Source: Chiloscyllium plagiosum | Taxonomy: Eukaryota | Assembly (NCBI RefSeq): GCF_004010195.1 | Contig: NC_057751.1 | Coordinates: 8,028,137-8,092,136, forward strand | Length of the DNA: 64,000 bases | Direction of reading: 5' to 3' | Part shown: positions 26,520 to 40,153 of the stretch, piece after piece | Layout: the number at the start of each line of letters is the position of its first letter | How positions within the stretch are numbered: position 1 is the stretch's first letter | Position numbers and translations under genes: made by a program | Notes under the pieces: generated by a model | Databases searched by the model: none | What the model was told of the DNA's origin: nothing | The model's input: only the letters and a program-made list of their open reading frames with translations

Positions 26520-27415
26520 AGTCATACAGCACAGAAACAGACCCTTCGGTCCAACCAGCCCATGCCGAACAAAATCCCAAACTAACCTAGTCCCACCTGC
26601 CTGCTCCTGGCCCAGATCCCTCCAAACTTTTCGTATTCACGTATCTTTCCAAATGTATCTTAAATTGTGACTGTAATTGTTGTAACTGTACCCGCATCCA
26701 CCACTTTCTCAGGAAGTTCATTCCACACGCGAACTGCTCTCTGTGCCTCTGACATCTTCTTTAAATCTCTCTCCTCTCATCTTAAAGATGTGCCTAGTCT
26801 TGAAATCCCCCATCCTAAGGAAAAGACAACTGCCATTAACTCTGTCTAGACATCTCATTATTTTATAAACTTCTATCAGATAGCCTCTGAACCTCCTACC
26901 CTCCAGTGAAAAAAGTCTCAGCCTATTCAGCCTTTCTTTATAATGCAAACCTCCCACACCTGGCAACATCCGGGTAAATCTCTTCAGCACCCTCTGCAGC
27001 TGAATAATACCCTTCCTGTGGCAGGGCAACCAGAACTGGATGCAGTATTCAGTGGCTAGCACTGCTTCCTCACAGTACCAGGGACCCGAGTTCGATTCCA
27101 GCCTCCGGCGACAGACTGTGTGGCGTTGGCACATACTCCCCATGTCTGCATGAGTTTCCTCTGGGTGCTCTGGTTTCCTCCCACAATCCAAAGATGTGCA
27201 GGTCAGGTGGGTTGGCCATGCTAAATTGTCCATAGTGTTGGGTGCATTAGTCGGGGTAAGCATGGGGCGGGGGATGGGTCTCGGTAGGTTGCTTGTCAGA
27301 GGGTCGGTTTGGACTTGTTGGGTCGAATGGCTTGTTTCCATACTGTGTGGAATGTAATCAGCTGAAGAGGCCTCTGCGCTGCCCTGTGCAACATCAACGT
27401 GACTTCCCAACTCCT
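26520..27415 (-). mobile_element. CR1 3' fragment interrupted by an HE1 SINE (27051-27358)
   Basis: ORF 26718..27410 is a SINE/CR1 chimera ending EYCIQFWLP...RFTRMLPG. Confidence 0.9.
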
Positions 27416-27429
27416 ATAGCTCTGACTTC

Positions 27430-28021
27430 AGAAGAGAAGATTCAATGTCTTAATTGACACAAATCAGGAGATGAGTCCTCCTAGGGAAGGCAGTTTCAAC
27501 TAGGAGGAGGCTAAACCAGTCTCTCTATTTTGTCTTGTGGAGCTTCTCAGGTTAAAGAACCTCAGCAGAAATCTTCTTTCTCATTATCAGATGCCAATAG
27601 ATTGTGAAAGTTTCCTGCCAGCAGATACAGGAAGGATTCTAAAATTGCCTCAGTCAAAGGAGAAGAATCTTTGAGGAGTCAATTGGATAAAAGCTTCAGG
27701 AGTTGTAATTGGAAAGGAGTTTTCCTGGATTTGAGTAACAATATAAAGGGTAATATTGAAGAACAGGTTAAAAATTGGTTTTGCTGGCTGTGTTCAGATC
27801 TTTACCATCACCTTATACATCCATAGATTTGTAGCTTTTTTTTCCATTTTGTGTGATCCACTGATGATCCAAATAGGAACATATGCAGCCTCATCTGAGT
27901 TGATGTCAGTGATTGATCCACTGTATTGACCAACTGCAAAAGTTAAACATATCATCTATAGAGACAGGTTTCATGCTGGGATCTGACTTGCCCAGTATTT
28001 TCATCTGTTGAGATGCGAACA
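27430..28021 (+). mobile_element. Old LTR-like remnant
   Basis: Ends ...ctgggatctgacttgcccagta...gaaca, resembling LTR 3' ends as I recall them; no second copy in the window. Confidence 0.35.
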
Positions 28022-28594
28022 ATAACAATTGCAGTTAGTTTAGTGCCTTTAAAGCAATGCAATATTTCACAGTTACTTCACAGTAACATTATGAAACAAT
28101 GAGGCTTTTTCGAAGACACTGGGTGAGTTGACCGAGAGAAGGAAGACAGATTTCAGGAAAATGGCAAGAGATCTAGAATGGGTTTAAGGAAGAGTTTATT
28201 CACTCAGGGCTGTGTGTGCCTTGATTGCATCATCTGAAAGGGTGGTAGAGACAGGAATCATCGTAATATTTGATAAATATGAAGGTGATCACCTAAAGCT
28301 GACAGAGCTAATGGGCTAAATGCTGGAAATTGTGATGAGTAGGATTGATGCTTGATGACCAGCGTGGGTATGATGAACCAAAGGAACTTTTTTCCATTCC
28401 GTAAAACTCAATGGCTCTCCAACTCTGAGTAAATGTGGGCTTTCTGGTCCTTCAAAACTGCCGTATCATTCAACAGAGTCACAGCTATCTCCAACTTCAA
28501 ATTCCCACTTGATCTTGGAGGGAATCTCACGCAGTCCAAAAGCCTATTGATCCAGTGTTGGGACAGACTCAACGAATGAACATTCAAAACTCTC

Positions 28595-29050
28595 TGGGAG
28601 ACAATTTGAGCTATAGGGAGAGGCTAAATAAGGCTGGGGCTGTTTTCCCTGGAGAATTGGAGGCTGAGGGGTGACCTCATAAAGGTTTATAAAATCATGA
28701 GGGGCATGGATAGGATAAATAGACAACGTCTGTTACCTGGGGTGGGGGTATCCAGAACTAGAGGACTTAAGTTGAAGGTGAGAGGGGGAAAATTTAAAAG
28801 GGACCAAAGGGCCAACTTTTTCACGCAGGTGCTGGTGCATGTATCAAATGAACTGTCAGAGGAAGTTGTGGAGGCTGGTACAATTCCAATATTTAAAAGG
28901 CATCTGTATGAGAATATAAATGGGAAAAGTTTAGAGAAATATAGGCCAAATGCTGGCAAACGAGACTAGATTATGTTAGAATATCTGGTCGGCATGGACG
29001 AATTGGACGGAAGGGTTTGTTTCCACGTTGTACACCTCTGTGACTCCATG
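28595..29050 (+). mobile_element. CR1 3' fragment
   Basis: ORF 28697..28969 has SRTRGLKLKVRG...FFTQ. Confidence 0.9.
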
Positions 29051-29256
29051 ACAATTCCCAAGAATCATCATCCACTGTGCGAACAAACGTCTCCTCATCT
29101 CAACCTGAAGTGGCAAGTGTTTGATGTCAGGGCTCTGGAATCTCTGACCACAGGAAATATGACCTCACCCTGACAAGCCCTCTTTCAATCTTGCACATTT
29201 CACTGATACTACGACCTGTTTAAAGATTCTAATCAGGCTGCTCAAACAGAACTTAC

Positions 29257-29337
29257 AAAATTGAGACTTTGTTTGCAGAGAGAGTTTATGAACAAAACCA
29301 GCTCAATCATTGTCTCCATTGTCCCAGATCTTAGCCC
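29257..29337 (-). CDS. Candidate exon (GLRSGTMETMIELVLFINSLCKQSLNF), phase 0 to 0
   Basis: Donor TTT|gtaagt and 27 open codons; joins exon k only through its weaker alternative donor. Confidence 0.4.
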
Positions 29338-29529
29338 CTTTAAATATATAGACATGAATCAACATTCCCAACCATAAACTGCAAACACAGATTCTGAAGA
29401 TGCCACAACTGTATAAGTGTCGAGATTTTGGAAGTTTGTGGGGCTGAAGGAGTTTGCAGAGGGAGGAATTGGGTGACAACATAGAATGATTTGTAAAGAA
29501 TTATGATCATTTTAAAATCAAGAAAGCAT

Positions 29530-30060
29530 AACAATGCCTCTATTTCCTCAGGAGGCTAAGGAAATTCAGCCTGCCCTCAAAGACTCTAATCAATCTTTAT
29601 GAATACATCAGAGAGTGCACTCTATCCCCTGATGCATCCCAGCTTGGTACGCTGTACTCAGGACTGAGAGAAACTACAGGGAGTTGTGAACACAGCCTAT
29701 TCCATCATGCAAGCCAACCTTCCATCTATAATTCTCACTGCCTCGGTAAGGCAGCCAACTGAGTCGAAGACCCCTTCAACCCGGGTTATAAACTCTTCCA
29801 ATCTCTTCTGTCCGGAAGACACAAAAGCTTAAACACGTACCAAAAGATTCTTCACCGCTGTTATTAGACTTCTGAATGGATCTCTCAAATTTTAAATTTA
29901 ATGTTGACCTTGCACTTCGTGCACCTTCTCTGCAGCCGTAAAAGTGTAATCCGCACTCTGTTCTCTTAACCTTACGCACTTCTGCATGGTATGATCTGCC
30001 TGTACTATGTGCAAAAAAAACTTTTCACTCTACCTAGATACATGTGACAACAATAAATCA
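29530..30060 (+). mobile_element. Rex1/Babar-like LINE 3' fragment
   Basis: Translates LYFLRRLRKF..KTL.N.Y; related copies at 16494-16812 and 45400-46130. Confidence 0.7.
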
Positions 30061-30658
30061 ACACGTTGTTTGGTCAGGAACTGACATACATCAGTGAGCA
30101 CCAGCTCAACAGAGACACGGGCCTTGATGTGAATGAACACAAGCACCAGAGTCTTGGATCATCTTCAGAAGGAGAAAGTGAGGACTGCAGATGCTGGAGT
30201 ACCAGAGTGTGGTGCTGGAAAAACACAGCAGGCCAGGCAGCATCCGAGGAGCAGGAGAATTGACGTTTCGAGCATAAACCCTTCTTCCTGCAGTGTTTTT
30301 CCAGCACCACATTTTTCAACTCATCGTCAGAAGGCCCATGACATGATGAAGACACTGTTTTCCTGTATGGGTCACTGGCACATAATTCCATGCACTTCCT
30401 GCTTGTATTCTGTCAGCAAGGTTTACTATTCCCCTGAAGACATGCAAAGATTCCACAGTAAATGTCCAGCTCCGGTCTGGTTATGTGCTTGTTTCGCTCG
30501 TTCCCAGGCACTTAGAAAAGGATAAGACAATGCCTATAAAAGATGCAGGATTTTCTCTGCTGCATAGTGAAGAGTCTGCTTCAGTCCTCAGCTCACTGCT
30601 GTTGTGGGGACTCGAAACCAAAACCACAGGACACCAGCAGACAGAGATACCAACGTAC

Positions 30659-30705
30659 CCCAGTGAACAGTACGAGTCAACTTTACACAAGCAATTGCCA
30701 ATTGG
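30659..30705 (-). CDS. Coding exon k (QLAIACVKLTRTVHW), phase 2 to 1
   Basis: Acceptor tgttcttttacag|, donor GGG|gtacgt (alternative phase-0 donor TTG|gtatct 8 nt further on); in frame with j. Confidence 0.72.
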
Positions 30706-33700
30706 CTGTAAAAGAACATTGGCCTCTTTGCCATAACTATCAGTTGACAAAATCATCTGAATAGTTTCTGCTTGATCACTTCCAGTAATCAATAAAGTTG
30801 GGACAAAAAGGAAACCCTGCAGCAATTGTCTCTAATGTTTACTCAAGGGAGGACAGGACTTCATTCAACGCAAAGGCTGCTTCATTCATGAGTGATTATT
30901 CTAACATGAACTACCCTCCTCAAACCTCTGTTGTTCCTGCTCACCACTCTGAAATAGATTACACATCTCTCTATGTTTTAATCCAAATTTTAGTTGTCAG
31001 CAGCTGTCTCTTAAGCCATTAAGTCTTATTCCTCTGCACCCAAGGCGGGCTCTCATTTAAACTAGCTCCCAAAGTCTGTTGCAGAAAATGTACTCAACAG
31101 TGTAAAAACAGCAGGAGCTCCAATCCAAACTGACAGATCAAAATAAGAATCACTTAACCTCTTCATCCTGACCTTCCATGAAAATAACTCAAACAATGCT
31201 GGCAGCATTTCAATCGCCTACTCACCAGTTATTGATCCAAATCCCCTTTACAGTCTTCAATTATTCCTGATTCAACAATCTTCCTTGATGTTTGCTCTTC
31301 TTTTCCATTCTTCTTTGGACTGTGTCCATTTTCTTTCCTCTTAGTTTCTATCTGCACTGAAGGCTCATGCACTTATGGCCCACATCCCCTGGTTGAAAAC
31401 TCCCAAGTTGCTCTCACCTCATCTGATCCATCCCAGTTGACTAATCCCACAACATAAGTCTCTCCTCATTCTTCCTCTATCCAGTCAAGGGAAAAGGTTC
31501 CTCAGATCTTCCTCTGTCACTGAGCTCCTCGGATATGGAACCACTTTCACCTTTCACTCAGATCTCTTGCAATTTTGTTACTGTCTTCTTTGACCAGACA
31601 CCAGTGTCACTGGGAAGGTCGATTTCATTACTTTATCCATCATGGACAAGAGACCTATGGGATGGTAACTGGCCAGGTTGGATATGTCCTGCCTTTTGTG
31701 TAGAAGATGCATCTTCCACATTGTCAGGTGGATGTCGGTGCTGTGGCTTTGCTGGAAAAGCAAGGGATGCAGCGAGCTCTGAGGCCTAAGCTTTCAAGTC
31801 ACATTCCTAGATTTGGGTCACAGCCCATAGCCTGTGCAGGATCCAGTGTCTTTAACTGCTTCTTGATATCATGTGAAATGGCTGAAGACTGGCATCTGTG
31901 ATGCTGTGGACCTCAGGAGGAGGCAGAGATGGATATTGCACTCGCCAGTTCTGGCTGAAGATTGCTGCGAATGCTTCACCCTTAGCTTATGCACTCATGT
32001 ACTGGGCTCCCCTGTTATTGCAGATGGGATATTTGTGGAGCCCCCCACACCAACCCAGTAAATTGCTTAGTTGAGCACCACTATTCACACCTGGATATAG
32101 AAAGCTGCAGAGCTTAGACCTGATTCACTGGTTGTGAGATCACTTCAACTTTTCTATCACTTCCTGTTTGCACTTCAGGCAGCAGTAAAAAGCCTGGAGT
32201 CACAGGGGAATATGATGGCCTAGAGGTATATTTCACTGGACTGTTAATTCAGAGACTAAGTGAGGACTGCAGATGCTCGAGAGTCAGAGTCGAAAAGTGC
32301 AGTGCTGGAAAAGCACAGCAGGTCAGGCAGCATCCTGCTCCTCGAATGCTGCCTGACCTGCTGTGCTTTTCCAGCATCACACTCTTCGACTGCGAACCCA
32401 AGGAGCCAGGTTATGAACTGTGGCCCTGAGGTCAAACCCCATCATGGCAGATGGCAGAATTTGATTTCAATAAAAGTCTGGAATGAAGAGACTAATGATG
32501 ACCAAGAATCCATTGTTGATTGTCTAGTTCACTAAAGTCTTTTCAGGACAGAAACTGCCATCTTTACCCAGTCTGGCCTACATGTGACTCCATACCCATA
32601 TCAACATGGTTGACTCCTCACTGCCCTGTGGGCAACTAGGGATGGGTAACAAGTGCTGACACAGTCACCAATGCCCACAACCCATGCATGAAAAAAAAGT
32701 AGGCCAGACCACAAACAGAGAGCAGACTGCCCTCCTCAAAGGACACCATCGAACCAGATGGGCCTTCGCAGCAATCAGCGATGGTTTCATGGTCATTACT
32801 GAATCTTATTTATTCTCTACTGGGACATGGACATCGCTGGCTGGCCAGCATTTATTCTCCAAACCCAGGTGCTCTTGAACTGAGTAGCTTGCCAGGCCAT
32901 CTCAGAGGGCAGTTGACAGTAAAGCGTATGCTGTGGATCTGGAGACACAAGTCATCAAGAACAGATGAGGATGGTAGATTTCCTTCCACAAAGGACATCA
33001 GTGAACCAAATGTTTTTTTTCCCTGACAATTGGCAGCGGTTTCATGGTCATCATTAGATTCTTACTTGCAGGTTATTATTGGATTCAAATTCTACCATCT
33101 GCCACGGCAGGATTTGGATGCATGGCCCCAAACATTATCTGAGTCTCTGGATTGATATCTCACGACATTACCACTGGGTCACTGCCTATCCCTGGATTGC
33201 CAGTCCTGTGACATCATCACAATATCCACCAGCTGTGAAATTGCACACAGCAAGCTCCCACAAACAACAATGAGGTCACGAGCTTTTGAATGTTATTCAG
33301 CAATAACTATTGACCAGGACCAAAAACAGATAGCAATTCGCCACATCTTTGGATTTACATGTCATGGAATCTTTTTCACTCACACAAAATGACTTTAGTT
33401 TATCCTTCCATCCAAATGACGCACTTCCAAAGGAGCAGGACTCCCTTAGAACTCACTTGTGTGCAAGCTTAGAATTTTGGACACAATGCTATGGCGTGGG
33501 AGTTGATCCTGCAAACATGCAATTTGGAGACAAGAGCATTACCCAAGTGAGCCACTGAAAGCACGCAAATCTCTTTTGCAAACTGGCTAAATGAGGTTGA
33601 TAAACTTGAGTGAGAAGCCAAGTCTGCACTGGACTATTTTACTCAAAACCACAAATCCCAACACTGGGCCTATTCCCATATGATCATGCTCTGAAACAGC

Positions 33701-33853
33701 TGCGGCTCCACCCACTGATTGTTCCCCCTTCCATGCATTCAAGCCCACACTGATTATTGCTGTCCCGTTAATTAAATTCACCCCATAATCGCAAATACTG
33801 TGGAGGTATTGATTTAAAACAGTACAACACATTCCAGGTTACAAAGTACATAC

Positions 33854-33941
33854 GTGCAACCCACAAACCCAAAGACTAACAGGTAGGCAGAGTCACAACA
33901 TTGAATGCACAACACATGTAAGTGCTTCAAAGGTGAACTCT
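33854..33941 (-). CDS. Coding exon j (SSPLKHLHVLCIQCCDSAYLLVFGFVGC-T), phase 1 to 2
   Basis: Acceptor attatgcttctcag|, donor CAC|gtatgt; only one open frame. Confidence 0.78.
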
Positions 33942-35026
33942 CTGAGAAGCATAATTTTACACACAATAGGTTCTTTGTGGATTCTATACGTTCTCTGTTC
34001 CCTTGGGTATCGGCTGTCTCCACTGTACCCTTTGGGACCGGACTATCTGGCTGTAAAACTATTGTTGTGTCCCTGGCTTGTTTTGAACTTGGGCAAACCT
34101 CCCTCACTCTCACTGATTCTGTAACCTCTTTACATACACCGTGATACACATCATGATGAAATAAAGCTCTGAGGGAAGAAGGCTTTTCTCAAGTTTCGAT
34201 TACACGTTTCCTTTTCACTGCTCTGAGGACGGGGAGGGGCATTGTCATTCACACAACCCTCTGAGACACTTCAATTTCCCACTGGGCCACAGTGGCGAAG
34301 AGCCCAGTCTCATTAGAATGGAAGTCGACACAGTCTCCCCTTCCTTGAGGCAAGGAACGGGTCCCAGAGGCAGGGTCAAATTCTCCAGAGGAACGTAAGT
34401 CAATGTGTGAAGGATGAGAGGTGCACAGACAATTGAATGGCTGAAAATTTGTTTACTTTTGTCTTGAGCTGTACCGACACTTTTTCAGAGATTGTTTGAG
34501 ATATACTTTAAAATACCGCAGAGAGAATTTTCAGGAATGCACTCGGTGTTGCTGTACCTCGGGATTGGAAATGCTGTATTCACACACTTAGATTTGATCA
34601 AGAGTATTTCTGAGCTTTATCATGCAATATCAGTGGAAAAATGCTAAATGCTTATCATCAAGTTGCTTCGCAGTCCTGTGTCTGCTGTCAGGCCAAGTAT
34701 AAGAAATAGGCTGAGTCAAGAATTTAGCTATTTTTGGTGACGGCTGATTTAAGAAAGGACACAGTCCAGGATTGCGTGGGAATGACCCACTCTTCTTTCG
34801 CTGGCAACCTGGATACTTTGTTTTGTATTTTTATTCGTCCTCAGGACATCAGCATCATTGGCAAGGCCAGCACTTGTTTCCCAGTTAACAGCAATAGACC
34901 ATCCTGCAATGCCAGGTGCTGAGGGGGTGCCACCCTGCAACTGGGCAGAGGCACCAGGGGATTGCCCCCCGAGATTCAAAAGCACAGCAATCCTGAAGGG
35001 CAGCACCAGCAACACTGCCGCACCCA

Positions 35027-35347
35027 TAGAATCCCTAAAATGTGGAAACTGACTATTCGGCCCAACAAGTCCACAATGACCCTTCAAAGTGTAACCCAAC
35101 CAGACCCATTCCCCTTCCCTATTACTCTGCATTTACCCCTGACTAATGCACCTAACCTGCACATCCCTGAACACTATGGGCAATTTAGCCTGGCCAATTC
35201 ACCTAACCTGCACACCTTTGGACTGTGGGAGGTAACCCTCGCAGCCACGGGGAGAACGTGCAAACTCCACACAGAGAGTGGCCCGAGGCTGGAATCGAAC
35301 CCGGGTCCCTGGCGCTGTGAGGCAGCAGTGCTAACCACTGAGCCACT
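35027..35347 (-). mobile_element. HE1-type SINE
   Basis: Head, body and tail present. Confidence 0.92.
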
Positions 35348-37289
35348 GGAACCCAGCCAGAATACTCCACAGGAGTGACAAGTTCATTCACCGACTCCAC
35401 TGACGACTTGCTGACCCATCAGAAGTCTCCTTCAGCCATGTCTCTTCACACTCTGAGAACAACACAGGAGTCCACCATCAGCCAGTGAGCCCTACCTGGG
35501 AACCAAGTTTAGCCGTCTGCCAGTGGGGGCTACAGAGGAGGGGACCAACAAAGTCCTATATCTTTGATTCTTGTGGACTTGGGGTGGGGAGGGGCTGTGG
35601 GAAAACAAGTGGACACTTTGCCTTTCACGTCCATCACTTGAGAAGGAGGCACATGAACTGAGGGAGACAGAGTCAAAAACAGCTCAGCAAAGATGAGGCT
35701 GTTTCTGGAACATCTCAGGGCCATTGGGAACCAATCATTTGGTTTGCTGATCATTAAAAATATCCCAACTCTCCTCTCCACAAAGTATCAAGGCTTCCTT
35801 TCATTTCAAAGGTGAGGGTAAAAATAGAGTCTCCCACGCTTTCTTTTGCTGGTTATGCTAATACCTGAATAAATTACTTCGCCCTATGTTTGCCTGGCAG
35901 ACTGAGTAACTCATATGTCCTTCAAACCCAGTGTTCAATTTTGTGCTTTTAGATTATTCTTTTCTATTTTGGCTGCTGAATCTCATAAATCCAATGTGCT
36001 TAATTTTGGTTTACCTTAGAGGGGAGGTTGGGGAGGGGCTGAGCAGGAGTGGAAGGGGGAGAGGTGGGGAAAGAGAGCAATTTCATATCCCCTAAGTAAT
36101 GTACTGCCCTTTCAGACTCAGTCCCACCATCCAAAGGTTACAAGGAATCATTGAGAGATTAATGTGGGGTCTTATCTTAGTTCCCATTGACTGTTGCATC
36201 AGGGTCTCCCAGGAACATGGTGCATAGACAATGGACTTTGATCCAGTTGGAAGGCAGCAATTCTCAGGTCAGCCTCAATCTGCTGCAGTGCAAATGGCAT
36301 TGGGAACATCTCCTCCCACTCTAATGTCTGAAGGCCCTCAAACTTACCCAACATGTGGCTGGCGGTGGGTAATGATTATACTCCACCATGTCTCTGACCA
36401 ATTTCAGCAGCTCCCAGCCTCAGCAGGACTGGGAGCGACCAGATGGCCTCCTTTCTGGCACACCCCTCCCTCTCCCCCAAGAGTCAGGGGTCCCTTAACT
36501 GTCCTCAACTGGACAAGAGACCCAAGGGGACGGTCTTTTAATTCTCCTCCTGCACCACTGTTGGCCTCTGGTTCACAGGAATCACACTTAGAGATAGGCA
36601 ATCCATGTCATTCCCCACCCTGAACCTCTGACTCACCACCCAACCTCAGACTCCGGAGCTGGGATCAATAATTCAGCTGCACTGATCTCACTCTATATGG
36701 CATCAATCAGGAGTATGTTGGAATACTCTTCACTGACATTGCCTCACAACTGGAAGACGACTGAAAGGTTCGACCCACACCAACACTTTGGTTCCTGCTT
36801 CCAGAAACTGGTACCATGCACCAAACTCAGAGGCCCATATTACTGGGACCACTAGCCTCCACATGCCTGGATGAGTTCAGCTCCAGCCAGGTAAAGCTCG
36901 ACACCATTCAGGACAAAGCAACTCATTCATTTGGCACGGCGTCCACCACTTTTAATGTTCACTCCCTCCACCTCCTACACACAGTGGCAACAGTGTGCAC
37001 CATTGACAAAACACACAATAGCATTTTCCCTCGGGCTCTTTCGAATGCAACCCCTGACTCAGGAACGTCAACCCACCTTGAACGACAAGGGTTTCAGATA
37101 AATGGGAACACCACCATCTGCAAGATCCCTCTCCTAGCCACATGCCAGCCTGACTTGCAACAATATTGCCTTGCCTTAACTTTCTATGATTCAAAATCCT
37201 GGAACTCCAGAATTTATGCATTCCAAGAATGCAGTTCCCCATCACTTTCTCAAGGACAAATGCTGTGGTTGCTTCGGAAAATATCTCTA

Positions 37290-38300
37290 AACATAGTGGC
37301 TTTTGAAACAGTTCAGAGAAGGTTTATTCAACTTGTTTCCTGGACGAAGGGCTTATCCCTATGAGGAAAGGTTGAACAGATTTGATCCATATCCTTTGGA
37401 ATGTGCAAAAGGGAGAGATGATCTTATTGAAACGTGCAAGATCTTGAGGGGACTGGATATGGTGGAGACCAGGAAAAAACTTCCTCTTGGGGTGGAAACT
37501 GAACAAGGGGGCTGAGTTTAAGAATTCAAGTCAGGGATGACGAGAATAGGTTTTTTTTTGCCCCTGAGAGTTACTCCAGTACAAAACTCTCTTCCCCAGA
37601 AGGTAGAGAAGGCCGAGTTTCCACATATATACAAGGGCAAGTCAGACAGTTTTTGACTTGATGGAAAACTGGGTCAAGGATTATGGTGTGCACGCTGCAC
37701 AGTGCAGGTGACATAAAGACAGATCAGCCACAATCTTAGTGAATGATGGAGCAGTCCTGAAGGCCTGAATTATGAAGTTCTTCTCCAACATACAGAATTA
37801 GTGCGTGGGGAACAGATACTGCTTGAGCCATCAATACAGGGAACCTTTTTTTAGAAAGCTTGCAAGTGAACAGCAGTGGTTACAGAGCCATACAGCACAG
37901 AAACAGACCCTTCGGTCCATGCAGTCCATACTGACCATAATCCCAAACTAAACTAGTCCCAACGACCTGCGCTTGGTCCATTTCCTCCCAAACATTTCTT
38001 ATCCATGTACTTATCCAAATGTCTTTTAAACTTGGTAACTGTATCGGCATCCACCACTTCCTCTCTAAGTTCATTCCGCACACCAAACACCATGTCAAAA
38101 AAATGCCCCTCGTGTCTTGTTTAAAGCTTTCTCCTCTCACCTTAAAAATATGCCTGCTGGTGTTGAAATCTCCCATCCCTGCCATTCACTTTGCCTATAC
38201 CCCTCATGATTTTATACACCTTGATAAGGTCACACCTCAGCCACCTATGCTCCAGGGAAAATGTCCCAGCCTATCCAGCCTCTCCTTATAACCCAAACCC
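37290..38300. mobile_element. Two CR1 3' fragments, tail to tail (+ 37290-37780; - 37880-38300)
   Basis: CR1 C-terminal translations on both strands. Confidence 0.8.
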
Positions 38301-38606
38301 TCAGTTGTCTGACTCAATGGAGCTTCACAGCCAATTCTGTCATCCGCACATACAATTCTCACACTGGAGCCATGCTGCAGTCACCTATTCTACATGCAAT
38401 TTCTTCAATCCCAGGGACACTGTGGCCGTGATGCCTGCACACAGTCACTCCCAATGGGAGAGTTCTGCACTTTGCGTGTTCTTATGAAACTTGTCATTCT
38501 CTGTAAACCTCTAACCCTCCATAAATTACCACCTTAGCGACAGTGGAGCACACAGGTGGAGAACTTGATGAGGAACCAGAGTCTGAACAGAGCTTCGAAA
38601 TCTCAC

Positions 38607-38683
38607 CCAGAGAGAAGCCAGGGGAACAGATGGTCTGGGAGATGAAATAGGTTTTCAGCTCAGCATTAGGCTCAGGTTTGATC
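38607..38683 (-). CDS. Coding exon i (IKPEPNAELKTYFISQTICSPGFSL-E), phase 2 to 1
   Basis: Acceptor gacctttgtcctcag|, donor TGG|gtgaga; supplies the phase change needed between h and j. Confidence 0.75.
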
Positions 38684-38759
38684 CTGAGGACAAAGGTCAC
38701 TTAGCAAGACTGTGTAAATGTAGCTTAGATCAGCATTTCATCAGTTTCCACACTGATTT

Positions 38760-39285
38760 GGGAGTGTTTATAATGACAGTGCAAGGGAAACTTTACTTTC
38801 AGTTTGCAAGAGTAGATGGATCTTTACTCTGTATTCTAACCCCACGCTGTCTCTGTCCTGGCAGTTTGATGGGGACAGCGTAGAGAAAGCTTTACTCTGT
38901 ATCGAATGCTGCACCATCCTTGTCCTCAGACATTGGTGAGATAGTCTGGTGTGAGTTTCACTTTGTATTTAATCTATGCTGTATCTGCCCTGGGTGCATT
39001 TGACACCATATTATAGAGGGATAGATAGATAGACATAGATCTATCCTTGTGCTGTCCCTGTGCTGGGAGTGCTTGTTGGGTTTGAGAGAGAGTGTTTAAT
39101 GGGACAGCATGGAGGGGGAATTCACTCTGCATTCCATCATGCTTTGCCTGCTCTGAATCATTTGATCTGACAGGGTGAAGGGAGCTTCAGACTGTGTCTG
39201 ATCAGTGGTGTCCCAGATCTCAAGAAGTTTGATTGAACAGTGTAGAGGTAGCTTTTCTCTGTTCTCATCGGTGCTGTAGATAGTA
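38760..39285 (+). repeat. Degenerate minisatellite with units of about 65-70 bp
   Basis: Recurring gtttgat..gacag.gtagag..agctttactctgtat...gctgt...tgtcctgg. Confidence 0.75.
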
Positions 39286-40153
39286 TTTTTTAAATGTCTG
39301 GGTTCATAGAACTAATAAATAACTTAATTTGTAACGTGGCTTCAAGTTTGGCTCCCTTATTGTCCAATTAATGTTTGCAATAAATCACATGACAACACGT
39401 TCCCAATACATTCACAATGTGTATTCAGTCAGACTTTCCTTCTGAGATCAACCCCAGTTAGCTCAGTTGGTTGGATGACTGGTTTGCAAGACAGAGTGAT
39501 GCCTGGACTGGCTGGGGTGACCATGACATGCCTTTTGAACCTCATCTTCTGCCTAAGGAGTACTGTGACCCTCAGATTAAATCCACAACCAGTTCTCTCT
39601 CTCTCTCTTGAATGAGCAAAGAGCCCTATGAAAGGCCCCTCCTGTGTCACGGTGGTAGTGACCCTACCCCGGGAGGTCCGGGTTCTAGTCGCGCCCGCTC
39701 CAGAGCTGCGTCATCACATTTCTGAACAGGTTGATGAGAAAAATAACTTAAACGTGTTTTGAAACATCAGCCCCCATGCCAGGTAATGTTCTCAGATTTG
39801 TCTTTCAACCCTGGTTGAGGAGGCAGCTGTTGGCCCTGTATTGAACAAGCTGCTAGCTGGCCGAACCCAGGTTGAAACTCAGCTCTTTCCATTTCAGAGT
39901 GTGCTCCTCAGGCAGGGGCTCTGACGGCTCCAGCGTTTTGATGGAAGAGCTTGGCTTGTAGCCTGGACAGTGAATCTGGCTCTGCCTTCCTGACAGGTGG
40001 GGGACATCGCTGAAGTCAGCTTCCCCACACTTGTTCCCTGACTTTCAAAGCATCTGGAGGGAGCTAATTCCCCCACTTGTCCTCAGAATGTCGAGTGTCA
40101 TTCAAGGCTGCAAAATCCCTCACTGCAGTTTCCTCCTTCGGTCTTCCACATAC

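Noticed and set aside
26718..27410. 230-aa ORF
   Set aside because: Chance read-through of an antisense HE1 SINE into a CR1 tail
30427..30535. Two alternative open frames with acceptors just downstream of exon k
   Set aside because: Weak donor and ambiguous frame; neither reading could be preferred
38538..38650. Acidic plus-strand frame (ATVEHTGGELDEEPESEQ...)
   Set aside because: Overlaps minus-strand exon i antisense and has no plus-strand partner exons
38760..39285. Regularly spaced repeats suggestive of a CRISPR array
   Set aside because: Vertebrate DNA, degenerate tandem units with no unique spacers, no cas genes
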